Assembly (NCBI GenBank): GCA_965198225.1
Contig: CBDAOY010000004.1
Span: 128,001-192,000 of the forward strand
DNA from: Terriglobia bacterium
Lineage (GTDB): Bacteria; Acidobacteriota; Terriglobia; 20CM-2-55-15
Length of the DNA: 64,000 nucleotides
Reading direction: 5' to 3'
Below, one piece after another: positions 31,164 through 41,914 of this stretch (positions are counted from its first letter, which is position 1; each line of letters begins with the position of its first letter). The notes under the pieces are model-generated. The model searched no databases and was not told the origin of the DNA. It saw only the letters and a program-made list of their open reading frames with translations. Made by a program: the position numbers and the translations under genes.

Positions 31164-31264
31164 ACAAGACTCCTTGTCGGGGTTGCCAAGGCGGTCGGCA
31201 TTGTGCACCGGGTCAATCGTGTTCGCCGGGTCGGGCCCGAGCGCCAGGCCGCCGCGCGTGGAAT

Positions 31265-33391
31265 CTACTGGCTTGTCATCAATGGGCCCTTCCTCAGATG
31301 GTCGTCGAAGAACCGTTCGGCCCGCGTCCAGGCGTCGCGCAGGACAAACGCGCGGCGGAAGAAGTGGATCTCGCCAGGATAGATCACGGTCTCAAAGTCC
31401 TTGCCCAGTTTCACCAGGACGTCGATCAATCGCAGCGAATCGTGGAACGCGACGTTCGTGTCGTTGGTGCCGTGCATGACCATCAACGGCCGCTCGAGCC
31501 GGTCCATGTGTTTTACGGGCGCGGAGATGTCGTAGATCTCCGGATTTTCAACCGGCGTACCCAGGCGCGGTGTCGTGTAGCCTGCCCCGTAGGTCGCCCA
31601 GTCGACCACTCCGGCAACGTTGATCCCGCAACGCCAGAGCTCGGGATCAGTGTTGAGCGCCTGAAGCGTCATGAACCCCCCGTAGCTGAGTCCCCACACG
31701 CCGATTCTGTCCGGGTCCACGTAGTCGAGGGTCTTCAGGTAATCCGCCCCCGAAGCCACGTCGGCCGTGTCGGAAACGCCGACTCCCATGTGGACGCCCG
31801 TGGTCCATTCGCGGCTGTACCCCGAGCTTCCACGGTAGTCCGGCGTCAGGATGATGTAGCCCTGCTGCACCAGGTACTGGTGCACCGAGTAGTACATCCT
31901 GTAGGCGCCTGGGTGCCAGCCGATGTAGTTCTGATCGGAACCGGACCCGTGAATCCAGACGATCGCCGGATGTTTGCGTGTCCGATCCAGGTTCTCGGGG
32001 ACCATCAAGGTCGCCGGCACCTGGGCTCCGTCATGGCGGCTCGGAAAATAAACCGGAACCGGTGTGGTCAAGTCGGCTTTGTCCAATCCCGCCGGCATCG
32101 AATCACTCAGCCGGACCGACCTGGCACTGGCTCGCGCAGGCGCGGTGTAGAGATCGAGAGAGTTCTGGGGGTCCGTGCGTTGATAGAGAATGTTTGCTCC
32201 GTCCGGAGAGAAAAACGGGCTGAGGTTGACGCCACTGTTTGCGATGACAGTCTCGCTGTTGCCGGTCGCCAGGTCGACGATGTCAATGAATCGCACCATC
32301 TGGTTGCCGTCCACGCTGTGCTGGTAGGCGACCCGCTCGCTGTCGGGCGACCAGTTCGGCAGGCCGGCACCATAGTTGCCCGAGGTCAGCTGTCGGGCCT
32401 CGTTTTCGGATTCGGCGTCGACCGGCATCATATAAACGTGAGTCCAGCCGGAACGATCGCTGACGAAAGCCACGGATCTTCCGTCCGGGGAAACGACGGT
32501 TCGGTCAACACGGCGGGTCGGAGACCACCATCGATCGTCGTAATCCTTCCAGAGCGTGTTTGGTGCGCCGTCCATCGGGGCGACCTTGATTTCGCGGGTC
32601 TTTCCGTCAGATGACCGCTCCTGGTACAGAACCGAGCCGTCGCTGGTGAACTGCACCGCGCTGATTCTTCCGATCGTCGGAATCCACCGGACATCGCCGC
32701 CGAACACGGAGACGACGCCGAGCCGGCGCTCGCCGCTGGGGTTCGAGGTCCGGAACGAACGAATCAAGTTGCCGTTGAACGGCAGTGGGAAGGACTCCGG
32801 TAACGAAGTCCGGCGGGTTGTCGTGAAGGCGATCCACCGCCCGTCGGGCGAGAACACGGGGTTACCGGCCCGCATACCTTCGGGCAGGACGGTTACCTGA
32901 CGCCTTGTCTTTGCTCCAAGCGATGCGAACCAGATGTCGCCGCCCTGGACGAACGCGATCTGCGTTCTGTCGCGTGACAGCGTGAAGTTCCCCGCATCCG
33001 CCAGCCCGGGATAACGCATCGGTTCCGCCGAAGACGGCGATACTGTCCAGAGCTGCCCGTCTTTCGAGAACAGGATCTCGGTGGCAGAGACCCACGCGAG
33101 CGAATCGATGTCGGAAACCAGCAGATCCGGATCCAACGGAAAGTCGGTCAGTGCCACGGGCATCTGACCCGGTGTCACGACAAATAGATCCTGCTTTCCC
33201 CAGGAATCCCAGAGAAACGCAACCATCTTCCCGTCGGGCGACCAGGCCTGGCTCGACGGGTACTTGATTTCGGAAATGCGCTCAATCGTGATGCTTCCCC
33301 GAGGGGTCTGCGCGGTCGCGACCAACGCGAAGCAGGTCACCATCAGGGAACACGCAATCAGTCTCTTTACCATCGGGCTACCCCTCCCCAT
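31265..33391 (-). CDS. S9 family peptidase with PD40/beta-propeller domain
   Basis: WSPDG repeats, GLSYGG nucleophile, HGTND, catalytic His in GEIH. Confidence 0.9.
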   Translation of the reverse strand: MGRGSPMVKRLIACSLMVTCFALVATAQTPRGSITIERISEIKYPSSQAWSPDGKMVAFLWDSWGKQDLFVVTPGQMPVALTDFPLDPDLLVSDIDSLAWVSATEILFSKDGQLWTVSPSSAEPMRYPGLADAGNFTLSRDRTQIAFVQGGDIWFASLGAKTRRQVTVLPEGMRAGNPVFSPDGRWIAFTTTRRTSLPESFPLPFNGNLIRSFRTSNPSGERRLGVVSVFGGDVRWIPTIGRISAVQFTSDGSVLYQERSSDGKTREIKVAPMDGAPNTLWKDYDDRWWSPTRRVDRTVVSPDGRSVAFVSDRSGWTHVYMMPVDAESENEARQLTSGNYGAGLPNWSPDSERVAYQHSVDGNQMVRFIDIVDLATGNSETVIANSGVNLSPFFSPDGANILYQRTDPQNSLDLYTAPARASARSVRLSDSMPAGLDKADLTTPVPVYFPSRHDGAQVPATLMVPENLDRTRKHPAIVWIHGSGSDQNYIGWHPGAYRMYYSVHQYLVQQGYIILTPDYRGSSGYSREWTTGVHMGVGVSDTADVASGADYLKTLDYVDPDRIGVWGLSYGGFMTLQALNTDPELWRCGINVAGVVDWATYGAGYTTPRLGTPVENPEIYDISAPVKHMDRLERPLMVMHGTNDTNVAFHDSLRLIDVLVKLGKDFETVIYPGEIHFFRRAFVLRDAWTRAERFFDDHLRKGPLMTSQ

Positions 33392-33535
33392 GCACGTGAC
33401 TCAATTGTCGGAGAACGAATTGCCGAGATTATCGTCTTCCTGCATCCTTTTCATCAACAAGAACCGACACTGTTTCTTATACCCCATCCGAGGTTATTTC
33501 TGACTCCGGACACCAGCCCGCAGTGGTAGACTCCG

Positions 33536-34795
33536 ATGACACATATTCAGAAATGGAGGTTCGACCAGATGATGTGGAATCCCCTTTCCCTTCGAACGAT
33601 GGCTTGCGTGCTGGTTTTCGGCCTGGTGACGTCTCTGCCGGCGCTGTCGCAGGACTCCGACGACGAGGACGCTCTTCCACCGGGAGTCTACGAGTCGTCC
33701 CGGCACAATTTCCGGCTCGTGACTCTGGCGGAGGGATTGGACAACCCCTGGTCGCTCGCCTGGCTGCCGAGCGGTGAGATGCTCCTCGTGGAGCGGACCG
33801 GCCGTCTGAGGATCATGCGTGACGACAAGCTCGATCCGGAGCCCATATCCGGCTGGCCGAGTGTTTACAAGGAGCAGGGTCAGGGCGGGTTCATGGACAT
33901 CGTTCCGCATCCGGACTTTGCCAACAACCGTCTGCTCTACCTCGTATACGGAAAGCCGAACGCGGACGGCTCCGAGGGTACGACCACCGTCGTCCGGGGG
34001 CGCCTGGAGGGTAAGCGAGTCGTCGACGTCGAGGAGATCTTCGAGTCGGACGCCTGGGGCGGCAACAACAACCACTTTTCAGGACGTATGATCTTTGACC
34101 ACGACGGCTACCTGTTCCTAACGGTGGGCGACCGCCTGGTCACTCCCGACGAGATGTGGGACCACCCGGCACAGGACCTGACGAACCACATGGGCACCAT
34201 CGTCCGCCTCTATGACGACGGCCAGGTCCCGCCGGACAACCCCTTCGTCGGCCTCCCCGACGCCCGTCCCGAAATCTGGACGTACGGGCACCGGAACCTG
34301 CAGGGGCTTGCGCTGCATCCGGACACAGGAGAGGTCTGGTCGAACGAACACGGGCCTAGAGGTGGCGATGAGTTGAACCTCATTGTCCGCGGAGGCAACT
34401 ATGGCTGGCCTGTAGTTTCATACGGGATCCACTACAGCGGCGAGGTCTTTACGAGGGAGGTGGACCGGGAGGGGATGGAATCGGCCCGCTTCGCCTGGAT
34501 TCCCTCCATCGGCATCTCCGGGTTGATGATCTATACCGGCGATCAGTTCCCGTGGTGGAAGGGCAATGCGTTCTCGGGCGGCATGGCCGGCGAGCAGCTC
34601 TCGCGGGTCACCCTCGAGGAGGGAGATGCCGTGAGCGCGGAGGCGCTCCTCCCCGGCGTCCTGGGTCGGATCCGGGAAGTCAAACAGGGTCCGGATGGTT
34701 TCATCTACCTGACGAGCGACAACCGAGAAGGTGATCGCTTGTCGAAGATCTTCAGGCTGGAGCCCGTCGCAGGAGAAGTGCAGCCTCCGGGCTAG
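33536..34795 (+). CDS. PQQ-dependent sugar (glucose/sorbosone) dehydrogenase
   Basis: PWSLAWLP, GHRNLQGL, EHGPRGGDELN, NYGWP. Confidence 0.9.
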   Translation: MTHIQKWRFDQMMWNPLSLRTMACVLVFGLVTSLPALSQDSDDEDALPPGVYESSRHNFRLVTLAEGLDNPWSLAWLPSGEMLLVERTGRLRIMRDDKLDPEPISGWPSVYKEQGQGGFMDIVPHPDFANNRLLYLVYGKPNADGSEGTTTVVRGRLEGKRVVDVEEIFESDAWGGNNNHFSGRMIFDHDGYLFLTVGDRLVTPDEMWDHPAQDLTNHMGTIVRLYDDGQVPPDNPFVGLPDARPEIWTYGHRNLQGLALHPDTGEVWSNEHGPRGGDELNLIVRGGNYGWPVVSYGIHYSGEVFTREVDREGMESARFAWIPSIGISGLMIYTGDQFPWWKGNAFSGGMAGEQLSRVTLEEGDAVSAEALLPGVLGRIREVKQGPDGFIYLTSDNREGDRLSKIFRLEPVAGEVQPPG

Positions 34796-34885
34796 TGGCC
34801 TGTAACAGAGACAGTGACAGCGTCGCCGATGGGCCTTCCTCTGGGAGCTCGGCCGTAGTCTGTAAGTGCCACGGTAGTTTGACGA

Positions 34886-34957
34886 GGTGTAGGTGCGGTC
34901 TATGACCGCACATTCTTCGAGCCGAAACGAGGTGCGCTCATAGAGCGCACCTACACC
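34886..34957. repeat. GTAG-type REP pair (REPIN-like)
   Basis: GTAGGTGCGGTCTATGACCGCAC ... GTGCGCTCATAGAGCGCACCTAC in inverted arrangement. Confidence 0.8.
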
Positions 34958-34999
34958 CGATCCTAAAGTCTCGCGATTTCGCGGTTCCTCTCCATCACC

Positions 35000-36057
35000 C
35001 TAGGGCCTGACCCGGACATACTTGACTAATCGCTGGCGACCGACTTCTCCGGCGTAAATGTTGCCCCGGAAATCCACCCCGAGGAACTCCACGCCGGTAC
35101 CGGTCGGCGCCTCGGAGTCGGGGATGAAGGCGGTGACCCACCCGGTTTGGACGTCTCCGATTCGGATGCCCCGCTCCCATCCGGGATTCCACCGTTCACC
35201 CGACATCCCGTCGCCCGCGTAGATCGTGTCGCTGCCATCGACGAAGACCGTGCTCGGCCGACCGAACTGCGTCCACACCTTGAGCAGGTTGCCTTCCTGA
35301 TCGAAGATCTGAATTCGATTGTTTCCGCGATCCGCGACGATGATCCGTCCCTGGGAATCCATGGTGATGTCGTGCGGATCGTTGAACTTTCCCGGATCCC
35401 CGCTGACGGATTCCACACCGCCTCCGACCTCCAGCAGAAACTCCCCGTTTTTCGAGAACTTGACAATGCGGTTGTTGCCCCCGCGGTGCCCGTCCGTCAC
35501 CCAGATTTCCCCGTTCGGGGCGATGACGACACCGGACGGTCCGTTGAAGTGTTTCGGGTCGTATCCGGAGACTCCTGCCTCGCCCATGGTCATCACCACT
35601 TCTCCATCCTGGTTCAGTTTGAAAACCTGGTGCCCCATGCCTCGCCGAATCCCCTCCACCTCGCGGGGGTCCCCGGCCGGCGCGCCCTCCGTCACCCACA
35701 GGTATCCTTCATGGTCCAGGTAGAAACCGTGTGGAAACGAGAAGAGCCCTTCGCCAAAGCTCTTCACCAGGGTTCCAGGGTTCCGTCCAGATCGAACTTC
35801 AAGACCGGATCCTGGCTCGAACCCGCACAGTGGTTCGCGCCACATCTCGACAACATCCAGATGTGGTCGCCGTCGGGATCGGGGAAGACGCCGCTCGTTA
35901 CCCCGATCCTCCAACCGTTGGGCAGCTTCTCCCAGCCGTGGACGGCGTGATACGGGTTGTTGGCCACGGATTGAGCCTGAAGCCCTCCGCCCCATATCAC
36001 GACCGCCGCGGCGAAGCTGAACACGACTATCGATCCAACCCGAGCGACAGGTGACAT
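35000..36057 (-). pseudogene. NHL-repeat protein (peptidyl-alpha-hydroxyglycine lyase-like), frameshifted
   Basis: FNGPSGV, FNDPHDI, ADRGNNRIQIF; 8-bp duplication AGGGTTCC x2 at 35769-35784 splits the frame. Confidence 0.8.
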
Positions 36058-36255
36058 CTCATCCTCCTTTTGAAAACCCCTCTTTATACTGCGACTCGCC
36101 CTCTGCCGCCAGACTTTGTAGAATCTCTTTAGAAAGGAAGCATTCCATGAACATTCTCAAGGCGATGATCATGATGGCGGCGATGTCGCTCGCAGCATGT
36201 ATCTCCGACCCGGTGCCGGTGGGCCTGGATGAGCGCGCAAGCCGGCTAAAACGGA

Positions 36256-36376
36256 GGTGTAGGTGCGGTCTATAACCGCGTTCTTCGAACCGAAACATGT
36301 GCGCTCGTGTAGGTGCGGTCTATGACCGCACGTTCTTCGAACCGAAACATGTGGGCTCATAGAGCGCCCCTACACC
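36256..36376. repeat. GTAG-type REP cluster
   Basis: Two tandem GTAGGTGCGGTCTAT units plus an inverted unit. Confidence 0.8.
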
Positions 36377-36465
36377 CGATGCTGTAATTAGATCCGGCGC
36401 AGGCTGCGTTGACCTCAAGTATCGCCTCCGGTAGAATCGCTGCTCTTTAGCTGCTAGCCACCCAC

Positions 36466-36783
36466 ATGAGCTCTGAACACCCATCGACTGGGCCCAGCGC
36501 CGAAACACTGCTCCAACGGTACTGGCGTCGCAACGTCCGCATCATGGTCATCCTGCTCTTTGCTTGGGCTGCGGTCGGACTGGGGGCCGGTGTCCTCTTT
36601 GCCGACCGCCTGAACGCCTACACGATTCCCGGAACCGGATTCCCTCTTGGCTTCTGGTTTGCGCAGCAGGGCAGCATCATCGCGTTTGTCCTCCTTATCC
36701 TGGTCTACTGCCTTTTGATGAATCGGCTTGACGCGCAGCACCACGTGGAGATACAGCAGAGCCGCGATGGAGATGCCGGGTGA
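36466..36783 (+). CDS. DUF4212 small membrane protein (symporter accessory)
   Basis: YWRRN..GFPLGFWFAQQGSI; overlaps the symporter start. Confidence 0.88.
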   Translation: MSSEHPSTGPSAETLLQRYWRRNVRIMVILLFAWAAVGLGAGVLFADRLNAYTIPGTGFPLGFWFAQQGSIIAFVLLILVYCLLMNRLDAQHHVEIQQSRDGDAG

Positions 36784-38630
36784 GCGTACAGGCCTGGACG
36801 TATCTCTTCGTCGGACTCACCTTCGGCCTCTACCTGACGATCGCCTGGCTGAGCCGTGTCCGCGACACGAAGGGGTTCTACGTCGCCGGACGGGGTGTGC
36901 CTTCCGGCGCGAACGGGATGGCGACCGCGGCAGACTGGATGAGCGCGGCATCCTACATTTCGATGGCGGGGTTGATCTCGACCATGGGATATGCGGGAGG
37001 CGTTTACCTCATGGGCTGGACCGGAGGGTTCGTCCTGTTGGCTCTCCTGATCGCGCCGTATCTCAGAAAGTTCGGGCACTATACGGTGCCGGATTTCATC
37101 GGCGACCGGTATGAGTCCAACGTGGCCCGGATCGTTGCGGTGATCTGTGCGATCTTCGTCTCGTTCACCTACGTCACCGGACAGATGCGCGGTGTCGGCG
37201 TGGTCTTCAGCCGTTTCCTCGAGGTGGATATCAACGTCGGTGTCTTCATCGGCATGGCGATTGTCTTTGTGTACGCCACGCTTGGCGGTATGAAAGGGAT
37301 CACCTGGACCCAGGTCGTCCAATACTGGATCCTGATCACGGCTTTCCTCATACCCGCGATCGCAATCAGCATCCGACTGACCGGGAATCTCTTGCCGCAG
37401 GTGGGTCTCGGAGGTGAACTGGTTGGCGCGGCCGATGGTTCCGGAGTCTACCTGCTGGAACGCCTGAATCAGATCCAGACCGATCTGGGCTTTGCTGCCT
37501 ACACCGACACATTCGTCGGCGGGTGGGACAAGGTCAACGTCTTCCTCGTCACTCTGGCGCTGATGGTCGGTACCGCGGGATTGCCGCACGTGATCGTCCG
37601 CTTCTACACGGTGAAGTCGGTCAAGGCCGCGCGATGGAGTGCGTTCTGGGCGCTGTTCTTCATCTCGATGCTCTACCTCACGGCGCCGGCGACCGCGGCG
37701 TTCGCCCGCTATTTCATGATCGACAGCCTGAATGGCCAAACCGCCGAGGAGTTGCCCGAGTGGTTCGAGAACTGGGAGCGGACCGGCCTGATTCTCTGGC
37801 TGGACGACGGCGACGGCAGGTTCCGGTATGCCGAGGGCGAAGACAACGAAGTGTTTCGAAACGGGACGTTGGCCGCGGCGGAATTGGCTTCTATCAGAGC
37901 GGCTCACCAGCAATGGCTGGATACCAGCGGCGCGGCCGGCGACGACGGCCGGATCGCATTGAGGAGTGCCGGCTTGTCGGGGCCGGATCGGGACATCATC
38001 GTCCTGGCGACGCCTGAAATGGCCGGGCTGGCCAACTGGATTATTGCTCTGGTTGCGGCCGGGGGGCTTGCCGCGGCGCTCTCGACCGCCAGCGGCCTCC
38101 TGCTTGTGATGTCGTCCAGCGTCGCCCACGACCTCTATTTCCGAATCCTCCGGCCGGGCGCCGACGAAGCCCAACGGCTTCGGGTGGGACGTGCGGTCAT
38201 CGGCGTCGCCGTCGTCATCGCCGGGATTTTCGGCATCTATCCACTCGGTTTCGTCAGTCAGGTCGTTGCGTTTGCTTTCGGGCTGGCTGCCGCCAGCTTC
38301 TTCCCGGCCATCGTTCTGGGTATCTTCAGCAAACGCGTGGGAACCGTGCCGGCCGTTGCGGGAATGATCACCGGGATTTCCTTTACGGCCTTCTACATCA
38401 TCGCGACAGTTTTCTTTGGAATGGACCGCTGGACCTTTGGATTGCTCCCGGTCGGGATCGATCCCCAGGGGATCGGGACAGTTGGCATGGTCTTGAACTT
38501 CGCTGTCACTCTTGGACTCACCAGGTTTTTCCCGCCCCCGAGCGCGGCGACACGGGAACTGGTCGACCAAATCCGGGAGCCGGAAGACGTGGGCGCCGCA
38601 GTGCAGATCGAAACCGCGCCCTGGCATTGA
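36780..38630 (+). CDS. Sodium:solute symporter (ActP-related)
   Basis: NGMATAADWMSAAS, GGMKGITWTQ, GTAGLPH, AAALST. Confidence 0.92.
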   Translation: MSVQAWTYLFVGLTFGLYLTIAWLSRVRDTKGFYVAGRGVPSGANGMATAADWMSAASYISMAGLISTMGYAGGVYLMGWTGGFVLLALLIAPYLRKFGHYTVPDFIGDRYESNVARIVAVICAIFVSFTYVTGQMRGVGVVFSRFLEVDINVGVFIGMAIVFVYATLGGMKGITWTQVVQYWILITAFLIPAIAISIRLTGNLLPQVGLGGELVGAADGSGVYLLERLNQIQTDLGFAAYTDTFVGGWDKVNVFLVTLALMVGTAGLPHVIVRFYTVKSVKAARWSAFWALFFISMLYLTAPATAAFARYFMIDSLNGQTAEELPEWFENWERTGLILWLDDGDGRFRYAEGEDNEVFRNGTLAAAELASIRAAHQQWLDTSGAAGDDGRIALRSAGLSGPDRDIIVLATPEMAGLANWIIALVAAGGLAAALSTASGLLLVMSSSVAHDLYFRILRPGADEAQRLRVGRAVIGVAVVIAGIFGIYPLGFVSQVVAFAFGLAAASFFPAIVLGIFSKRVGTVPAVAGMITGISFTAFYIIATVFFGMDRWTFGLLPVGIDPQGIGTVGMVLNFAVTLGLTRFFPPPSAATRELVDQIREPEDVGAAVQIETAPWH

Positions 38631-38637
38631 CTTGTAT

Positions 38638-38915
38638 CTAGTGGCCTGTAACGGAGAGATCGGCACCATCGCCGATGGGTCTTGCCAGTCGAGGTCGAGG
38701 AGAGAGGAGGAATTGATGCGGTTTCATCATGACGACGAACGACAAAGAGATCGACGGCAACCCCCATCGGCCCGGAGGGTTGCGGCGGAACGGTCGGGTC
38801 TTCGTTGCCGCTACCATTTCATTGTAAGACCCGCTTCTCACGGGTTGTCGGCTCCTAGAATCCGGTGCCGTTCCACCGCAACGCTGGCACCGATATCTCC
38901 GTTACAGGCCACTAG
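38638..38915. mobile_element. MITE-like element flanked by CTAG
   Basis: Terminal IRs CTAGTGGCCTGTAACGGAGA.ATCGG / CCGATATCTCCGTTACAGGCCACTAG; second copy at 56960. Confidence 0.85.
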
Positions 38916-38924
38916 GAGAACGTC

Positions 38925-40520
38925 ATGAAGCGAGCGGCGATGGGATTCAAGTTGTCACCGGCATTTGTCTTCGTCTTCGTCGGGTCTGTGTTGGCGACCT
39001 GGCTGACGGCGTGTGAACCCGGCCAACAGGAGGGCGCCGATGGCGCGTCGCCGGCCGGTTCCGCGGCGATTGCACCCGAAGACAGGCTGGCGGCACCGGA
39101 TGTCGAGCAATGGGCCGATGAGACCTTCGGACAGATCCTCGCGGAGCACCGGGTTTCCGCCCTGGCCATTGCCGTCACGCAGGGCGATGAGGTGATCCTG
39201 ACCAAGGGATACGGATATGCGGACTGGGCCACGAAAACGCCGGTGGATCCGGACGTGTCGCAGTTTCGCATCGGGTCGCTGAGCAAGACTTTTCTGGCCA
39301 CTGCCATCGCCCAACTCCTGGAACGCGGCCGGATCGACTCGCTGGACGATCCCGTCAACAAGTATCTGACGCGCACTCAGCTGGAGAACCCATTCGGCCG
39401 CGACATCACCATTTGGGATCTGTTGACACACCAGGGCGGCCTCGGCAGTGCACCCGTCTTCATTCCTGAATCCGATGGTCCGAGGCCGGTGGCGCTGTTG
39501 CCGGCCGATTACGTCGCCGCCCACACTCCGGACGTCGTGCGAGAACCGGGCATATTCTCGACTTACTGCAATCCCTGCAGCGCCACGCTCGGATTCATGG
39601 TGGAAGACATCACGGGCCGGACTCTAGAAGACTTTTTGCGGGAGAACGTCTACGCGCCTCTGGGCATGACCCACACAACGCTCACGAACGCACCCGGGCC
39701 CGGCCCGAACATGGTGACACAGTATGCGTTCGTTCCCGACGGGCCGCCGGTTGCCCTGCCCTATCCGGCCATCTCGCCCTATATCTCCTATGCCGGTGAT
39801 GTCAATTCGACGGCAGGGGACATGGCAAAATGGCTCATCGCCCACATCCAGGAAGGCCGCGGCACCGGACCGGCGATCATGTCCCCGGCAACGTTCCAGC
39901 TGATGCACACCCGTCACCGGGGCAATCATCCCGACATGAGCGGTTTCGGTATGAAGTTCTTCACCTATGACTACAATGGCGAACGCGTCCTGGAGCACTA
40001 TGGGAGCATTCGGTTCAGGTCCATGGAATTCATGATGCTCGACAAGAGAATCGGTGTGTTCGTGACCATGGGGGGCGGAGGGCAGCCGAATGCAGCCTCG
40101 CTGGCCGCGGCGGACACCTCGCTACCGGCCATCACCGGCCCGGTGGAGCCCGCGTTGTCCCACAGCGGCGTGCGTGCCGTGATCCTCGAGCATTTCCTGG
40201 GCCCGCTTCCTTTCGAGAGCGATATGGAGGTCGACCTGAGTCGGTATACGGGTCAGTACCTGTATATTCCGACCAACCCCGACATTGCATCGACGCGGCC
40301 GGGCCGCATGGTCGAGGACAGCGGTGACGGTGGTCTGGTGATCGGCGGAATTGGGGTGTATCGCCCGTCGGGGCCGGATACGTTCACGCTCGACGGAGCA
40401 TTGCCGCTGGAGGCCGGGTTCAGGGACTCCAACAAGTATGTATTTGCCACGGGGCCCGACGGCCTCACCCGGATGTTCGCTCACGTCAATGCAGGCGGCT
40501 TTGAGAGGGTCAGGGACTGA
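38925..40520 (+). CDS. Serine hydrolase, beta-lactamase/AmpC-like family lipoprotein
   Basis: FRIGSLSK (SxxK), LLTHQGG, YCN, PLGM; LTAC lipobox. Confidence 0.85.
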   Translation: MKRAAMGFKLSPAFVFVFVGSVLATWLTACEPGQQEGADGASPAGSAAIAPEDRLAAPDVEQWADETFGQILAEHRVSALAIAVTQGDEVILTKGYGYADWATKTPVDPDVSQFRIGSLSKTFLATAIAQLLERGRIDSLDDPVNKYLTRTQLENPFGRDITIWDLLTHQGGLGSAPVFIPESDGPRPVALLPADYVAAHTPDVVREPGIFSTYCNPCSATLGFMVEDITGRTLEDFLRENVYAPLGMTHTTLTNAPGPGPNMVTQYAFVPDGPPVALPYPAISPYISYAGDVNSTAGDMAKWLIAHIQEGRGTGPAIMSPATFQLMHTRHRGNHPDMSGFGMKFFTYDYNGERVLEHYGSIRFRSMEFMMLDKRIGVFVTMGGGGQPNAASLAAADTSLPAITGPVEPALSHSGVRAVILEHFLGPLPFESDMEVDLSRYTGQYLYIPTNPDIASTRPGRMVEDSGDGGLVIGGIGVYRPSGPDTFTLDGALPLEAGFRDSNKYVFATGPDGLTRMFAHVNAGGFERVRD

Positions 40521-40631
40521 CATCAACTTGTCGTTCGGAAGAAGACTCAGGAGCGGCCAGTGCCGCAGTTTCGCAGACGTGGCGATTCTAACCGGAACGT
40601 CGGTAGTGATACCAAGTCCGGAGGAGGTTTC

Positions 40632-41639
40632 ATGAAGCGATCGACTCTTTTCGTGGCCGCGATCCTCGTTTTCGCGGTCAGGATGGCACCTGCTCAGGAT
40701 ACCGTCGCCGCGCACGTAGAGGTCGCGAAGGCTGCAGCGGCCGAGGACCACAAAGCGCTCTTCGAGCGCTTGTGTGCTGCTCCGGAGCCGGTTGTGGCAA
40801 CTCGAGGGGCTGCTGTGCCCGCCGCCGCTCGATCAACGGCTCCGCCGGACCGTGCACTGTGGCACGCGGATCCTGTCAAGGTCTTCGACAATCTCTACTA
40901 CGTCGGGCAGACGGCATACTCGGCCTGGGCGGTTACCACGTCCGGCGGGATCATCATCATCGACCCGATCTTTGACTATTCGGTTGAAGACGAGGTTGTG
41001 AATGGTCTCACGGCTTCAGGGTTCGATCCGCAGACGATCGAGTACGTCATCGTCAGCCACGGTCACAGAGACCATGCGGGCGGTGCGAGATACCTGCAGG
41101 ATCGGTTCGGTGCACGGGTCATTATGGGGGCAGCGGACTGGGACCTGGTCGAACGCAGTAGAGGCGCGTGGCCGAAACCCAGCCGCGACATCGTGGCGAC
41201 TGATGGGCAGAAGCTGACCCTCGGTGACACAACGCTGACCTTGTTCTTAACACCCGGTCACACACTGGGCACCATTTCGACGATCATTCCGCTGAAAGAC
41301 GGTGAGGCGTCGCACATGGCCGCTCTCTGGGGCGGCACAGCGTTCAACTGGCTCCGGAGCAGGGAAGCGTACATCACGCCGGACAGACCCGACAGCTTCT
41401 GGTTCACCTCATACAGCAGCTCCGCCCGGCGGTTTCGCGACGTTGCAGCAACGGTGAACGCCGACGTACTCCTGTCCAACCACCCGACATACGATGGGTC
41501 GACAACGAAATTGTCCGCCATGTCGAAGCGAAGGCCCGGTGAGGCTCATCCCTACGTGATCGGCAGCGAAAGTGTGCGACGGTTTCTGACGGTTGCCGAC
41601 GAGTGTGCCAAGGCCGGTCTGTTTCGGATTGGACAGTAG
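40632..41639 (+). CDS. Metallo-beta-lactamase fold hydrolase (B3-like)
   Basis: KVFDNLYYVG, SHGHRDHAGG, TPGHTLG; signal peptide. Confidence 0.88.
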   Translation: MKRSTLFVAAILVFAVRMAPAQDTVAAHVEVAKAAAAEDHKALFERLCAAPEPVVATRGAAVPAAARSTAPPDRALWHADPVKVFDNLYYVGQTAYSAWAVTTSGGIIIIDPIFDYSVEDEVVNGLTASGFDPQTIEYVIVSHGHRDHAGGARYLQDRFGARVIMGAADWDLVERSRGAWPKPSRDIVATDGQKLTLGDTTLTLFLTPGHTLGTISTIIPLKDGEASHMAALWGGTAFNWLRSREAYITPDRPDSFWFTSYSSSARRFRDVAATVNADVLLSNHPTYDGSTTKLSAMSKRRPGEAHPYVIGSESVRRFLTVADECAKAGLFRIGQ

Positions 41640-41712
41640 AGTCTGATCAACCCGTCTTGTTGGAAGCCAACTCGCCGCGGATGCGGGGAAGGGCGTTTTT
41701 GAGAACTGAGGA

Positions 41713-41872
41713 GGTGTAGGTGCGGTCTATGACCGCACATTCTTCGAGCCGAAACGATGTGCGCTCATAGAAGGTGTGAACGATCATAGAGCGCGAACGT
41801 GTAGGTGCGGTCTATGATCGCACAACTCTCGAATCCGCGTCCATTTGTGCGCTCATAGAGCGCACCTACACC
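41713..41872. repeat. GTAG-type REP cluster
   Basis: Same REP family; lies between convergent genes. Confidence 0.8.
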
Positions 41873-41914
41873 CGATCCTGAAGTTTTGGACGGCAATGCC
41901 GCGCCCACCCGCAA

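Noticed and set aside
34886-41872. Short repeats as a CRISPR array
   Set aside because: Units are inverted and dispersed with conserved spacers, and no cas genes are present; they fit REPs.
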